Source: Moniliella sp. 'wahieum' (taxonomy: Eukaryota). Taken from it: 64,000 nucleotides of DNA. The notes beneath the pieces are model-generated. The model saw nothing but the letters and a program-made list of their open reading frames with translations, was not told the DNA's origin and searched no databases. The position numbers and the translations under genes were made by a program. Positions 39,553 to 54,368 of this stretch are shown piece by piece. The DNA lies in NCBI GenBank assembly GCA_003971905.1, contig RSEE01000009.1, positions 930,001 through 994,000 on the forward strand, in the 5' to 3' direction. Every line of letters starts with the position of its first letter. Position 1 is the first letter of the stretch.

Positions 39553-40370
39553 CCCCATTGCATATTGGTCGAGATCAGAGGATAATGGGGAATGGAGCTG
39601 CTTGCTGAGTTCGCCTGTGGTCCGTTATACGTGTCAGTACAAAGTAAGTATCCATAGTTTTTGACAGGCTGACGATGCCAACCAATAATGAGTAGACAGC
39701 GCCGAAGGGGGTGCACCAGATGCGCCATCCCATCCTTTGCTAGAGGGGGGCGCGATGGTAAGATTCATCATGGAGACCAGAGCACACTACAGTAGTTCCA
39801 TGTTGGCTGCCCCCAGGTCTCAGGTTTCCGGCGTCAGAACTATACAGCAACAGGTGTATGGCAGTGTGGTGGCAGCGTGGTGGCTGTGTGGCTGTTGGGC
39901 GGGGCAGGCTGGGCTGAGTGTGGGAGACAGGCGTGGTGGGAGGCGGCCGATGGGGTGATAGTCTGAGCGGTCTTACATCTGTGAGAGCTGCGGTATGCGG
40001 CGGTCAGACCGTCAGATTCTGACATATGGGGGCGGGGTGGGATCTGGTGGGACACTGGTGTCTGGGGACACAGCGGAAAGGCGTGCTGTTGGGCCCTGTT
40101 GAGCCTCCCCGCACTGATCCGCCACAACTCACACTCGACAGACACGCGCTATGCCTGCGCTGGCGAACCCTCTGTGGCTCGTGCGCCCCTTTTGCTCTGC
40201 CGCCGCGCTCGAACGCCACAACAAGCGACAGTATAAATACCGCCAGCTCGGCCCTTGTGGACTTTCTGCGCTCCCTCTCCGCATCAGGCTCCGGCACATC
40301 CATCTCTCTTCACTGCCTTGTCCACTGCTGCCCTCATATTTCCTCGCTCGCTCCACTCACCTCCAGACGA

Positions 40371-41303
40371 ATGGCTGTACGTTCCCTTCCAAAACTGAGA
40401 GCCACGCCCCATCAACATTGACCCTCGTTCCTCTTCTTCCCATGCAAAAAGAAGCTAACCTCTACTGTTTGGACAGACGACCCCTTCCCCTTCTCCCATG
40501 TCAGCCGCTGATGCCACCTTGGCCGCCCGGTTTGGCGGTCGGGTACCCACCAAGAAACCGTGGCTCCAAGCACGGCTTAAGGAGCGCAAATACTTTGATT
40601 CTGGTGACTATGCTCTAAGTCAAGCGGGAAAGGCGGACCGGCGCGAAGTGGGACGGGAGATAGCCACCCCTCAAGCATTGGGCGCAGGCACGGTGGATAC
40701 GAAACCAGAGCGGGAACCGGAACCGGAAGTGTTGGTGAGCAGAGAGCAGGTCCACGACCAAGGGCTAGAGGAGGAGATGATGATGAAGGAAGAGCCAGAG
40801 ACCGAGTGTGCCTTTGTTTCTTCGCCTGGCATCTCCCTTGCTCTTCGGGGGACGTCGGACCGTTACCGTTCTGCCACGTTGCCCACTTCTTGCTCTCCTT
40901 GCACGTGCGCTGTTGGTTCCTCGCCACCGCTCCTCCGTACCGCGTCGCTTGCCTCGCCCTTACTTGTTCCTAGGTCTCCTTCTACCCCTCATCAAAACCT
41001 TCCATGTTCCCCGACCGAGGTCTGCAGCGGGTCTCGACCATCCCCATTCACCACGCCGGCTCGCCCCATGGTCTTTCTTCGGTTACCGGCTCGGTGGTCA
41101 TGCCCCCTTCACCCTCTGCCGCGCACAGCACAATGGGAGGACAAGGCAGGTGTCCACCGCACCTCCGTCCTCGCTCTGGGTCCCAGTTGAGTCGAGAATC
41201 GTTTAGTGCCTCCGATGCGGCTCGCGCCGCTTCTAAGGCAAACGATGTGGCCAATGAGCAGATAGGTCCTCGGGTCCCAGAAGAGCGAGGTGGTCTTACC
41301 CTA
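40371..41303 (+). CDS. IGO1: Endosulfine / ARPP-19 family protein (Igo1-like)
   Basis: ARLKERKYFDSGDYALSQAGK signature. Coding exon 1 is ATG GCT, and intron 40377-40476 (GTACGT..GCTAAC..CAG) joins it in frame. End uncertain. Confidence 0.85.
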
Positions 41304-42564
41304 GCCCTGGCCTTGCTCATCATCTGCTCTGTCACCATGCATCTTCATTACTTGGACTTTTGTTGTCTTGATCTCGTCCCATCTTTTTGCTTGTCTCATT
41401 TCATCTCAACTCTCAATCTCATCTCGTCTCGTCTCGTCTCATCTGATCTCATGTGAACTTCCTCGTCTCTTCGTCTTGTCTTGGTCAGTTGTTCAGTTGT
41501 TGATTTCTTGCTATACCATTCCTACGGAGGTGTCCTCACTGCAGGAGATCACGACGACCACGTGCAAATTTGCGTGGGATGAGGTCATACGAGTACAGGT
41601 TGCGCTCTCCGCTCTTCGCCTCTAGTCTCGCCTATGTGAAAGGAAAGGATGTTGCAAAGACTTCTGCATCCAGGCCCCATGGAGGGAGAGATGGAAGATG
41701 GAGTACGGTCCGGGTCTGAGAACTGACGTGGATTTTATGTCACAGATACAAACAGGGAGAAAATGGAAGGGCTGTGCTATACCAGTGGCAGCCCAGGGGC
41801 GAGAAACTCAAAGGAAGTATGAGAACTACGCGGAATGCGGTCTTCTTCTTCTCCCTCTCCCCACCTATCTCAATACACTTTTTCATCTGCTGCCTGAAGT
41901 CTAAGGTCAATCTCCACGTTGTGTGCGCCAAGAACCCAGGTAAGATGCATCCCTCCTCCGCCATCGCGATTTTATCGGGACGAGGTATATAGGCCTGCAT
42001 CCCAGAACCACCGAAAGATATAATGGGGCTAGAGGGACAGAAATGTCAATGCTGATTGAAAATTGGAGTCAAGCGGTTGTAAACGTAAAGCGTACGTAAA
42101 GGAGAACAAAAGGTGAGATTGTACGTTGGGACGGTCGTACGGTCGTAACGCGTAAGGAGGGGTCATCGTGTTGGGCGCGGGAAGCGGGGGGAGGAACGAA
42201 GGAGGGGAGAGGATCACAGGATAAGCCAGGTCGTTCAAGTCGTTATAGGGAGGAGCGGGGGGGATGAGGAAAAGGAAAGACGTGGCACGCTGTGCTCACG
42301 CCGAGGTTGAAAGATAAAAGGGGGAAAGGCGTAATGGGAAAGGGGCAATACGTGAGAGGTAAGGGGAAAGGGGAAAGGGAAGGGGTGAGGGAAGGAACAA
42401 GCGGCAACAGAGACCAATGACGCACCCACAAGCAACCCCAACAGAAAAAAAAATAAACAAAAAAGACAACCGAAAAAGATGAAAAGCCAAGCCAACAGAA
42501 GCCATGAGGAGACCACAACGGACGGAGGCGGAGGGGGGAGGAGAAGGGGGTAAGATGGTCATCA

Positions 42565-44675
42565 TCATGCACCCTCTCTGTTCGGCGCGGGACGCGGGCG
42601 AGCGTTTGGAGCGGGAGGGCAAGCCCAGTCGTTTCTTCCTCGTCGCAGGCAAGCGCAGCTGAACCGTCTGTGGCGCGGCGAGCGGGTCGAGCTGGCCAGG
42701 GGAAGGTGGGGTGCGCTTCCGGTAGAAGGGCCGCGCTTCCCTTCCGGTGCGGACGAGGCCAGGGTAATGGGTGAGGGAGAGGCGATGGGAGGCGTGGCCG
42801 TCGAATCAGGGAACGAAGGTTGCACGGTATGATGTTTACGAGAGCGATGCAAGCGCGACGTGACAGTACTCGGCAACGTCGGAATGGGCTTCAAGGATGG
42901 CGCATGGAGCCGGTGGGACCAATTGCGATCGGCTGAGCTGATGCAGGAATCCGAATCGTCCCAGGGCACATCAGGCAAAAAGTCCACTCGTTTCTCCACA
43001 ATCATCGGTGCGATCTCTTCTTGGGGATTGGGATTGCAAGCGCTCCGAGCGCGGATGCGGTCCGCCCGAACCGGGTCAACACTGGGCGACGCTGCCAACG
43101 CTAGACGGACCGCTGACAAACTGGCGAGAGGCGAAGGTGTCCGCGTACCAGCCTCTCTCTTGGTTTCCCCTCGGCATCCGTTTCCTCGTCCGATGTACTG
43201 GATGGCACAGTCGACGGCGCACTCCGTCCGCCCCTGGCCGCGGTCGGTAGGCCACTCAGACCCGTTCCCAACCCAAGACTGGCGCACGGCACTCAAACTC
43301 GCCTGGACAGCTGCATACCGTTCCTCCTCCTCCCGATCCGCATCGAGGGTCAGATGCGCCATTGGGGTGGCGGTCACTGTGGCCCGATGGGCGCGGTGTA
43401 GACGATGGGTGTGTTGGAGTGGGTGCATTGGCGATCCGGGCGCGGCGGGCCTTTTCGGCAGATCCATCCCTAACGTCATGGTGGCACTGCGTCCCCGCCG
43501 AGGTGTGTTAAGGGGTCGTTGGAGCGCAGTAGGATCCTGGGATGTCTGTTCCGATGGCGAGACGGGAAAGGGGTTGGGGTCTGGAGTGGAGGCCGGGACT
43601 GTCACGGGGCGGGAGGAAGGAGCGCCGGTGGGCGCAGTAATTCCTGGGCCTCCCTTCATTGGCATTGCACGTAACGTCTCTGCGGTACTTTGGCGCGAGA
43701 TGGTTGGAGCCGAAACGGCGAGTTTGGGCAAGGGTAAGTGGAACAGCGGGTCCGTGTGAATGGACTGATGTGTTTGTCCTGCTTTTCGTTGTGTTTTTCG
43801 TGTTTTTCGTGCTTAACGTGCTTGTCAGACGAAGTGAGGGAAACACTGGGGGAGATGGTTTGATGAATCTCTTGCTCGGATGGGTGTTGGTGCTCCGAAG
43901 CAGTGTGCTGACGGTGGGACTGCCGGGCTCGGCGGGTGCTCAAGTCAGACAGTTTCTTGAGTGGGCGACCGATCGCAGGCAATGCCGCCCGCGCTCCGCC
44001 AGTGGTGCGGCTAGTGAATTGTTTATTGGCAATTCTTGGCCCGGGTGGCATCTGGTAACGTGCAAGGTAATCCTGTGCCGAGGGGAACTCCAGCGCTGCA
44101 TTCAACACTGGTCTTCCCACCCTTCCTGACGGGGAGCTGGGGTGGAAGGCACAGGTAAGGGCAAGGGCCATGAAGCGACGGCAGATTCGGGCCCGACCTC
44201 GGCGCGGGTTCTGCTGTTCAAGGACGCAGCGTGTGATCCCCGTCGACCTGAGACAGGCGCGACCGGTAGCGGTCCCGGGGCACGCGGACAGCCATCCTCC
44301 TCCAAAATCTTGTCCAGCACAGCGAGGGCGGCGGTGCGCGGGGTAAGCGTCGTCGGTGAGGATGATGCCGCACAGTGCATCGTCCGGGACGGCCGGACGA
44401 GAGAGCAACGAAGTTGGGCGTTTTGGATTCGGCGTGGTCGTTGAAGCGCGTCTCTCGGCAAGTTGCTATGTGGAGAGGATGCGGTCAGAGAAGGAGAGGC
44501 AGGGACCAGAGGTGGGGGAAGACGGGCAGGGACGGACCTTGGCTTCGAGCTGCATGTGCTCCTGGATGGTGTGGCGCTGGATCCAGCTGAACGACTCGAG
44601 GTCCCAGATCGCCAGCAGCGGCACGCGCCGTTGCGACGCGTCCTGGGTGAAGACGATGGCGCCGTAGAGATGCAT
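42565..44675 (-). CDS. Ykt6-like longin-domain protein with long disordered C-terminus and no visible SNARE or CAAX
   Basis: MHLYGAIVF..WDLESFSWIQRHTIQEHMQLEAK|intron 44466-44537|QLAER..LCGIILTDDAYP..AALAVLDKILEE..LEFPSAQDYLARYQMP. 3' end uncertain. Confidence 0.65.
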
Positions 44676-44685
44676 TGGCGACGGC

Positions 44686-44752
44686 GGGGACAGCGTCGGG
44701 GACAGCGTTGGGGACAGCGTTGGGGACAGCGTTGGGGACAGCGTGGGGACAG
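44686..44752. repeat. 12-bp tandem repeat (GGGGACAGCGTT) x~5.5
   Basis: Directly visible just upstream of the ATG at 44675. Confidence 0.9.
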
Positions 44753-45077
44753 CAACGGGGTGGTAAGAGTGAAGTGGAGGCAGCAAGGTATAGTGACCAA
44801 TACCTAGTGCCTGGCAAAGCGCACCCGCTGCCCTCCAGCAGGTCTGATTAACCAGAGGTCCCACACCACAAACAAACCTCTGCCAATACTTGGAATACAC
44901 CCCCTCCGGTGCCGACAGGGACGAATACGGTGGGCAACCACACTGGCGCTGTGCTGGATGACGGACAGCGCCCGCCACCACCCCGCCCAGGGGACAGTGC
45001 CCCCGTGCTTTAGCTCCTGCACCCGCACAGCGCCAGTCCCCTCCGCTCCCTCAAGCGATCGACGGGCCAACAGCGGC

Positions 45078-45212
45078 GGGTGACCGGCTGTGGTGACCGG
45101 CTAGCGCTTAGCCCTAGCGCTTATCGCATCGACGACCCAGGGATTATAATTCGATTCAGTCCAGGCGTTAGCATGTCAGATGATGCAGGATGACGTTACG
45201 TATAACGTTACA
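45078..45212. repeat. Heptamer-palindrome cluster
   Basis: GGTGACC x2, GCTTAGC, GCTTATC, CGTTACG. Confidence 0.7.
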
Positions 45213-45693
45213 TGCAGACACCACCGGTTCGGTTCAGGTCGCTGTTGTCCAGCCGCTGTAGGGGGGACAACTAGGGTGGGCCCCGGTTGGGCAATCGGTT
45301 GTTTGGGGCAGGGGGGGGGGGCGTTCTTTTTCTTTCTCATGGCACAGTCTCAAAAACAATGATACTGGATCAAGGCATCATGATCGATCCAGCAGGTGTG
45401 GGGGGTGCCAGGGGTAGAGGTAGCTTCCAGAGCGGTGGGGTAAAGGATCGGAGAAAAGGAACGACATACATGTAACAATGATTAATGCCGTCGGTGACAT
45501 CTGAGAACGAGAGAAAAAGGTGTACGTGTGCTAACGCCGGAACTAAGATGTTGTAATGTCACCCCCAAGTCCCCTGGGGCGGGCCGCCATGAGGTATGAG
45601 GCCTCCTGAGGCTTACCGACGTCCATTTCTGGACGACTCGAATGCAAAGCGAGGTTGGGACAGAATTGATTTCCTGGTGACCCATCGGCACCA

Positions 45694-48823
<3,130 letters not shown>

Positions 48824-49109
48824 TGCGCACGCGGGAAGGCAGCGGGCGGCAGAGGGTGGTGGTGGTGATGGTGGTGGTAGTGGTGGCGGTGGCGGCGGCG
48901 CGGGTGGGGGTAACGCAAGTAGCGGAGGAGAAAGGCGAAAGACGAATGGGCGAGGAGGGGCGGTGTTAGGCGTGGGCTGGCTTAGCTTATTATTAGCTTA
49001 CTTACTTAGTATGCGCCAGCTGTGGCCTGGTGTGGTTCTCTGGGTCGACCGCAGCTGGGCAGCCAGGCACGGGCGAGTGGGTTGGTGCCAACCAGCGCAC
49101 GCCGTCTGG

Positions 49110-50700
49110 GTTGACGTTGAACGTTGACGGATGAACAGCTGGACGACGCAGCTGAGCGGCTGAGCGCAGCTGGCCCCCCATGTGCCGCCCCAGCCAGCCC
49201 GCCCAGGCCAGCACTGTCCTCCATGCATGTCCTCTCGCCCCACCCGCGCTCCCGCCCGCACCAGCCGGCTGTCCGCCGCGCCCCCGCCCGGCGCCAGTGT
49301 GCCGCCGCGGCAGTAGCCCGAATTGCCGGCCGAGAAGCCCACTGCAGGCAACCCTGGCCGCACCCCCAGTGCGCCCACGGTGCACTAGGCCACATGGCGC
49401 GTGGCACACCATCCGCTGCGCCACTGGGCGCACTACTCATAGTACTCAGACTGCGTCCTGACTGAGCGCTTAACTAAGCACCACGCATGGAGCCACTGAG
49501 CACTGAGCAACGAGCTGCTCCTACATCAGCGCACCACCCGCACACACTCGCCTGGTGCGCCTGCACATGCTGCACGTGCACGGGGACGAACTTGCTCAAG
49601 CTTCAAGCTGGTTGCGTCACCGCGTCACCCAGCAGACAACGTCATCGCGTCATCGAGTCTTCTCATCCATCTCGATCACTCGGCCTGGTAGTCTCTGGCC
49701 GCAACACTGGCACGCGCCTTGTTACAGCGTCCTCTTTCTTAGCGGCTCGTGTGCATTGGGCATACCGTCCCCGCCAGCCAACCTCGCCCCCACTACCGCC
49801 GTCTCCTCTCCATGTGCTAAAACGCGGGGCACCGATGCATCTGAGGACGACCGAGCCAGATCGAGCCCCACGGCCCTGTCACCATGCGTGTACGAGGGGG
49901 TACCGCTGGTACCGCTAACCGGCTAAGCCTTAGCTCGCGGAAACAGCGGGGACCGCCTACTCTGGAGTGGAGGAGCGCCTAGCTTGCTCTGTTGTCCTAC
50001 TGGAGAGCTCGCACTACGCAGATCATCGTATCGATTATCGATTATCGATCGATTAATCAATCACACGCGCAATGCCAAGCGCCGAATAGTGCGCCTGTAG
50101 ACTAGGAGCGCTGAGGAACGGAGGTAGTCAGATCGAAGTCAAATCGCAGACCAGCATACGAAGAGAACCAAGCATTGCGCATCATGCATCAAGCTCAACA
50201 GATGAGCGAGCGTTACAAATAAACACGCCAGTTTCGACCCACGTCACGCGCCACAGGTCACCCTTGTCCTCCATGTTTGCGAGCTTCCGTTGAGCGCTGA
50301 GCAAAAACCAAAAGTCAAACACAGAGCTTGGGTTCGCAGATTCCCGATTTAGGCCATCAAGTGCATCAAGAACCGACGAGACGTCCCAGCGGTACTGTGG
50401 ACCGAGTTGAACTCGTTGTTGGCGTGTGCATGTGACGCGCGTGGCGCGTGACGTCACGATGCACGACCCTGGTTGTGGAGTTATAGACGCGTGCGCATCC
50501 ACTAGTCACTCTCTCGTCACACTGTAGTGAAGAATATCGCATGGATACTATAGCCATCAGATCTCAGAATCGTCCCCTTGGCGATTCGGGCAGAGACGAT
50601 ATGGATGCACGAATGATAGGCGCCGGGTGTGACCTTCTCGCTCACCTCTCTAAAGCCACTGCATCCTCAACGATCATCGATCATCGATATCGATCATCAA
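49110..50700. repeat. Scattered heptamer-palindrome arrays upstream of SRPK
   Basis: GTTGAAC, GCTGAGC, (ACTGAGC)x2, GCTCAAG-CTTCAAG, (GATTATC)x2 at 50033-50046, (GATCATC)x2 at 50672-50685. Confidence 0.8.
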
Positions 50701-51702
50701 AGCATAAACTTCATATCGAAATGATCTCGCATCCCCACCCACACATCTCCCAAGTCGTCTGCCCACTACTGCAAAGTAAAGAGAGATCAAAGAGTAAACA
50801 TGGCTAATCGAAATTTCTTGCGCACAATCTTGCACAGCCTTGCCCACCTTGAATTTTGTACGTAGTCCTCACATATCTATCCGGAACCTTGTTACCAGCA
50901 TTTTCGATTAGCCATGAAGAGAGAAAGAGAAAAGAGAGATCGAAGACGCCTATCATCTCGGCCTCCTATTCCCCAGCTTCGATGAAGCGAGCGAGGGGAC
51001 GACGAGGATGCATAGTAGGAGCATTGAGCGTTGTATCATGTCATTGAATTGTTTTGGAGCGTGTGTAGACGGTCAAAGCGCTCCCCCTCTCCCCCTCTAA
51101 GCTTTCCTTTCGGCCACCACCTTTTTGCCTCGACTCGAAAGAAATGGGGGAGTGCTCGCACCGCCGACCATTAATGGATCAAAACTGCATGAAAACTTCG
51201 TGCGCCTCTTTGTCATCTCCTGCCTCTCACGAATTTGACAAACAGCAAAAAGTCAGAGTGCACATAATGTCACTGGCGCTATCTGACCTTGGTCTCTACG
51301 ATCCCGAGCGCAGGTTTATTGAGTCGGTGTACACCGTGTTCTGTACCCACAAAACAAAACTGCATCATGCCAATCGCATCATTCGTCATCAACATCATCA
51401 ATCGTTATCACAATCGTCGTCAACATCATTGTGGCGCTCTGACGGAGCCCGAGTTCTTGCTTATTCTCTCGCACTTTAAGGCGCCCCTCTCTCCTTTTTT
51501 GATTAGGATTTCCCGTGTTGCAAGGACGGTGCCAACCGACTACTCCTTCCCTCAGTTCTCTCCAGGACCGCAGTAGGCGTTCATCGTTGTACAGTTAGTT
51601 CATTGGAAACGTAGTCGACAAGAGAATGTGGAATGGAATGGAGAATGGAATGGAATGAGAAAGAGTAGGAGAGAGCTGACCAGGTGATCACCTGATTGAC
51701 GA

Positions 51703-53362
51703 TCACGGAAGTGGTTCCGTCGAGGAAGACAAGCGGTTGAGAGACAAGTAGGCATCCGTTCCATACCCTTCCATCGAGATCAACTTGAGGTCCCCGCCAA
51801 AGTACCGAGCGTAAAGACGGGCAAGGGGCAAGCCGTACCCGTACCCTTGCCATGGGGGCCTTTTCGATGCCTTCGCCCGGGTCCAACTCATCGGGATGGG
51901 CGGTGGTGTAGGTGTACGTCCAGATAAGCGGCATCTCACTTCGTGAGATGCCGCCTGCCTCATCGCTAATCTTGATCGTCAGGTCCTCTCTCCGGCAACA
52001 ACGATGACCTTGATCGGGGGGAAACTGTCCTCGTTCTCCACCCCGTACCGTTCAACCACAGCACGAAGGGAGTTCTTGAGCAGTTCAAACAAAACATGCT
52101 GTGGCGAGTCCTGATGTTAGCTCCGAGTCATCACGCGGTGGTAGTCAGGTCTTTTTTTAGTGGAGATTAGAGTATACGTACGTTGAGATGAGAAGGAATA
52201 TACATGAATGTGAGGTCCTTGGGGCAAATCAGTTGGACGGGGGGACCTTTGAAGAGACCAAAATGTTCTTCGCACACAAATCGCGCATTCTCAATCGCTT
52301 CATGTGCAATTGCACCAACGTGGGTGTTGGTACAGATGATCCCCACAAAATTTTCCGAATAGGGTGCCTCGGTTCCACTGGTAGCTGCATCAGCCAGTGC
52401 ATTGCGTCCCACGAGCGACTTGTTGCCAGCGGTAATGGAGTCGTGCAGACTTTCGCTGTTGCGAGCAAGGGCAATGTGCTGCCCAAGAAGGATACGGATT
52501 CCAATGCGAGAAAGGTAGAAGCGATCGAGGAAGCGATGAATGTCCGTCTGCAACGCCAGATTTTGCGTCGCCCGCTTGTACTCCAATACACCTTGTGCCA
52601 TTGTGGTCACAACCGGGTCATGCCTTCGCTTGATCTTCTCAAGGCAATTGGTGAATTGTTCGTTGTACTCGTGCACCTCTGCTGGCCATTCGATTTCCTC
52701 CATGGCGGTCAGTGCGTTGGGGTCCGACGAGATGGGACGGAGGGCGGGCCGGTTGGGATCGTCGCCATGCAGATGGGCGGATTCGTCGCCATATAAAAAG
52801 GCGGGGTTAGGGTTCGGCTCATTTGCCAACAACGACATGGCGTGGGCTGCGTTGGCATTGAGGACGTTCTGGAGCTTTGCCGGCAGCTTGGGCGGAGGAG
52901 GAAACTGGATCAGTTCCTGGGGAAGTAGATGGCATCGAAGGAGGAAGGGTAGTTAGAGAAGGGCAGGAACCGCTAGAGAAGGAGACACACCTGAAACGAC
53001 TGGGCATACCACTTTTTCACTCGCAGGATCGAAGGCATCTCACTTGCGTTCCGAGGTAGATTGTGCAGCTCACTCACTCGTGCGGCCAGGCGGATGGGGA
53101 GTTCAGAACGAAGGAACTGACTGCCTTGCAGTAGCGAGCCGGGGCTAAGGTTGCGACCATAGTTGACCATGTATCTCAGCGACACACCCGTCTGACGGAA
53201 GGAGGAGTAGTGTTGGATCTGCTTCCAGAGCTCAGGGCCCAGCTTGAAGCTAGCGGGGAGGGAGAGGGCGCCGGGTGTCAGCTCAACTGCAGTGCGCTGC
53301 ACCACACTTAGTGTGAAACTGGGCCATCGCTAACCGGATGGGTATTGCACGTACTCGGCCAT
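51703..53362 (-). CDS. Mitochondrial pyruvate dehydrogenase kinase (PDK/BCKDK family)
   Basis: [83 protein letters not shown]. Two introns. Confidence 0.94.
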
Positions 53363-53525
53363 CGTGTGTGGTGGGGGCAGTGAGCGGTTCGCGTGGAGTA
53401 TGAAGAGGAGAAGAAGGGGGAGAGGGGAGGGAGGGGGGGGGGGGGGAGACGGCGAGGGCGAAGGTGAAGGTGGTGGTGAGTATAGGCAGTCGCGCACTGC
53501 AAATGCTCTGCTTGCCCCCAAAGCC

Positions 53526-53562
53526 AGCGCCTCCCAGCATAGCGCCTCCCAGCATAGCGCCT
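53526..53562. repeat. 15-bp tandem repeat in PDK upstream region
   Basis: (AGCGCCTCCCAGCAT)x2.5. Confidence 0.8.
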
Positions 53563-53673
53563 TCCCCGCACTTTCCGGCACAACCCGGGCAGGTGCATGC
53601 CGGTGCCTGGATTAGATAAGAGGGAGTAGCCCGCAGCTGGAATAGCAGCCATACCGAATCGAAAAGTAGTAGG

Positions 53674-53694
53674 CGTGACGCGTGACGCGTGAGA
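53674..53694. repeat. Heptamer-palindrome array (CGTGACG)x2-CGTGAGA
   Basis: Directly visible upstream of PDK. Confidence 0.85.
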
Positions 53695-53799
53695 GGGCGG
53701 GAGACGCCAGGAAAGTGTTTAAACATTCATTTATCTCACCGGTTCTGATCGATGATTGGGATGATCGGACGGCGTTTTGCTGCCTGTAACAAAAAAATG

Positions 53800-53891
53800 T
53801 TCCCCAACCGGGAGTCGAACCCGGGTCTTCACGGACCAGCTCAGCGGAGGAGCTTGAAAGCGTGACATCATAGCCGTTGGACCATTGAGGA
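53800..53891 (-). tRNA. tRNA-Glu (TTC) with 20-nt intron at 53835-53854
   Basis: Acceptor TCCTCAA/TTGGGGA, anticodon arm TCACG-CTTTCA^C-CGTGA, T-arm CCGGGTTCGACTCCCGG, T7 Pol III terminator at 53791-53797. Confidence 0.95.
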
Positions 53892-54368
53892 GCTGTGAAT
53901 ACGCTCGTCATAACAGGAGTGTGTGACAAAGAACAAATGATCATTCCTTACCGGTTACCTACCCTTCAAACGATATTTATCCTACCGAGACGGGTCTGTT
54001 AAACAATTGCAGCAACAGCAACGACAAAAAGCAAAGTATAAATGAATAGGTCGGTACAATAGCCAGCCAGAGTGAGCTGGCAAGGTGGCAGGGGGGGGGG
54101 AACAAGGAGAGGAAACCAGAAGAGTGGACGGTGGAAGAGGCATATAGGAGAATGGCTGCGAGGGGGGAAGGGGAAGGTAACGCTTAACGAGAAATGAGTT
54201 CAACCAACTAACGGCATTAGCAAACGCATGACAAAGACTGGCCCACAAAAGCAGGTCCGCTTAGCTGACGAGACTGGCGGGAGCAAAGTGCAATGAGACA
54301 ACGAGCAACGAGGGCAACGACAACCAAAGTAGGGCGAGAATGGACTCTCTCCTGAGAACTGAATCGAA

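Noticed and set aside
35600..40300. Short ORFs in the long SDR-IGO1 divergent intergenic region
   Set aside because: No recognisable domains, coding bias or consistent splice signals.
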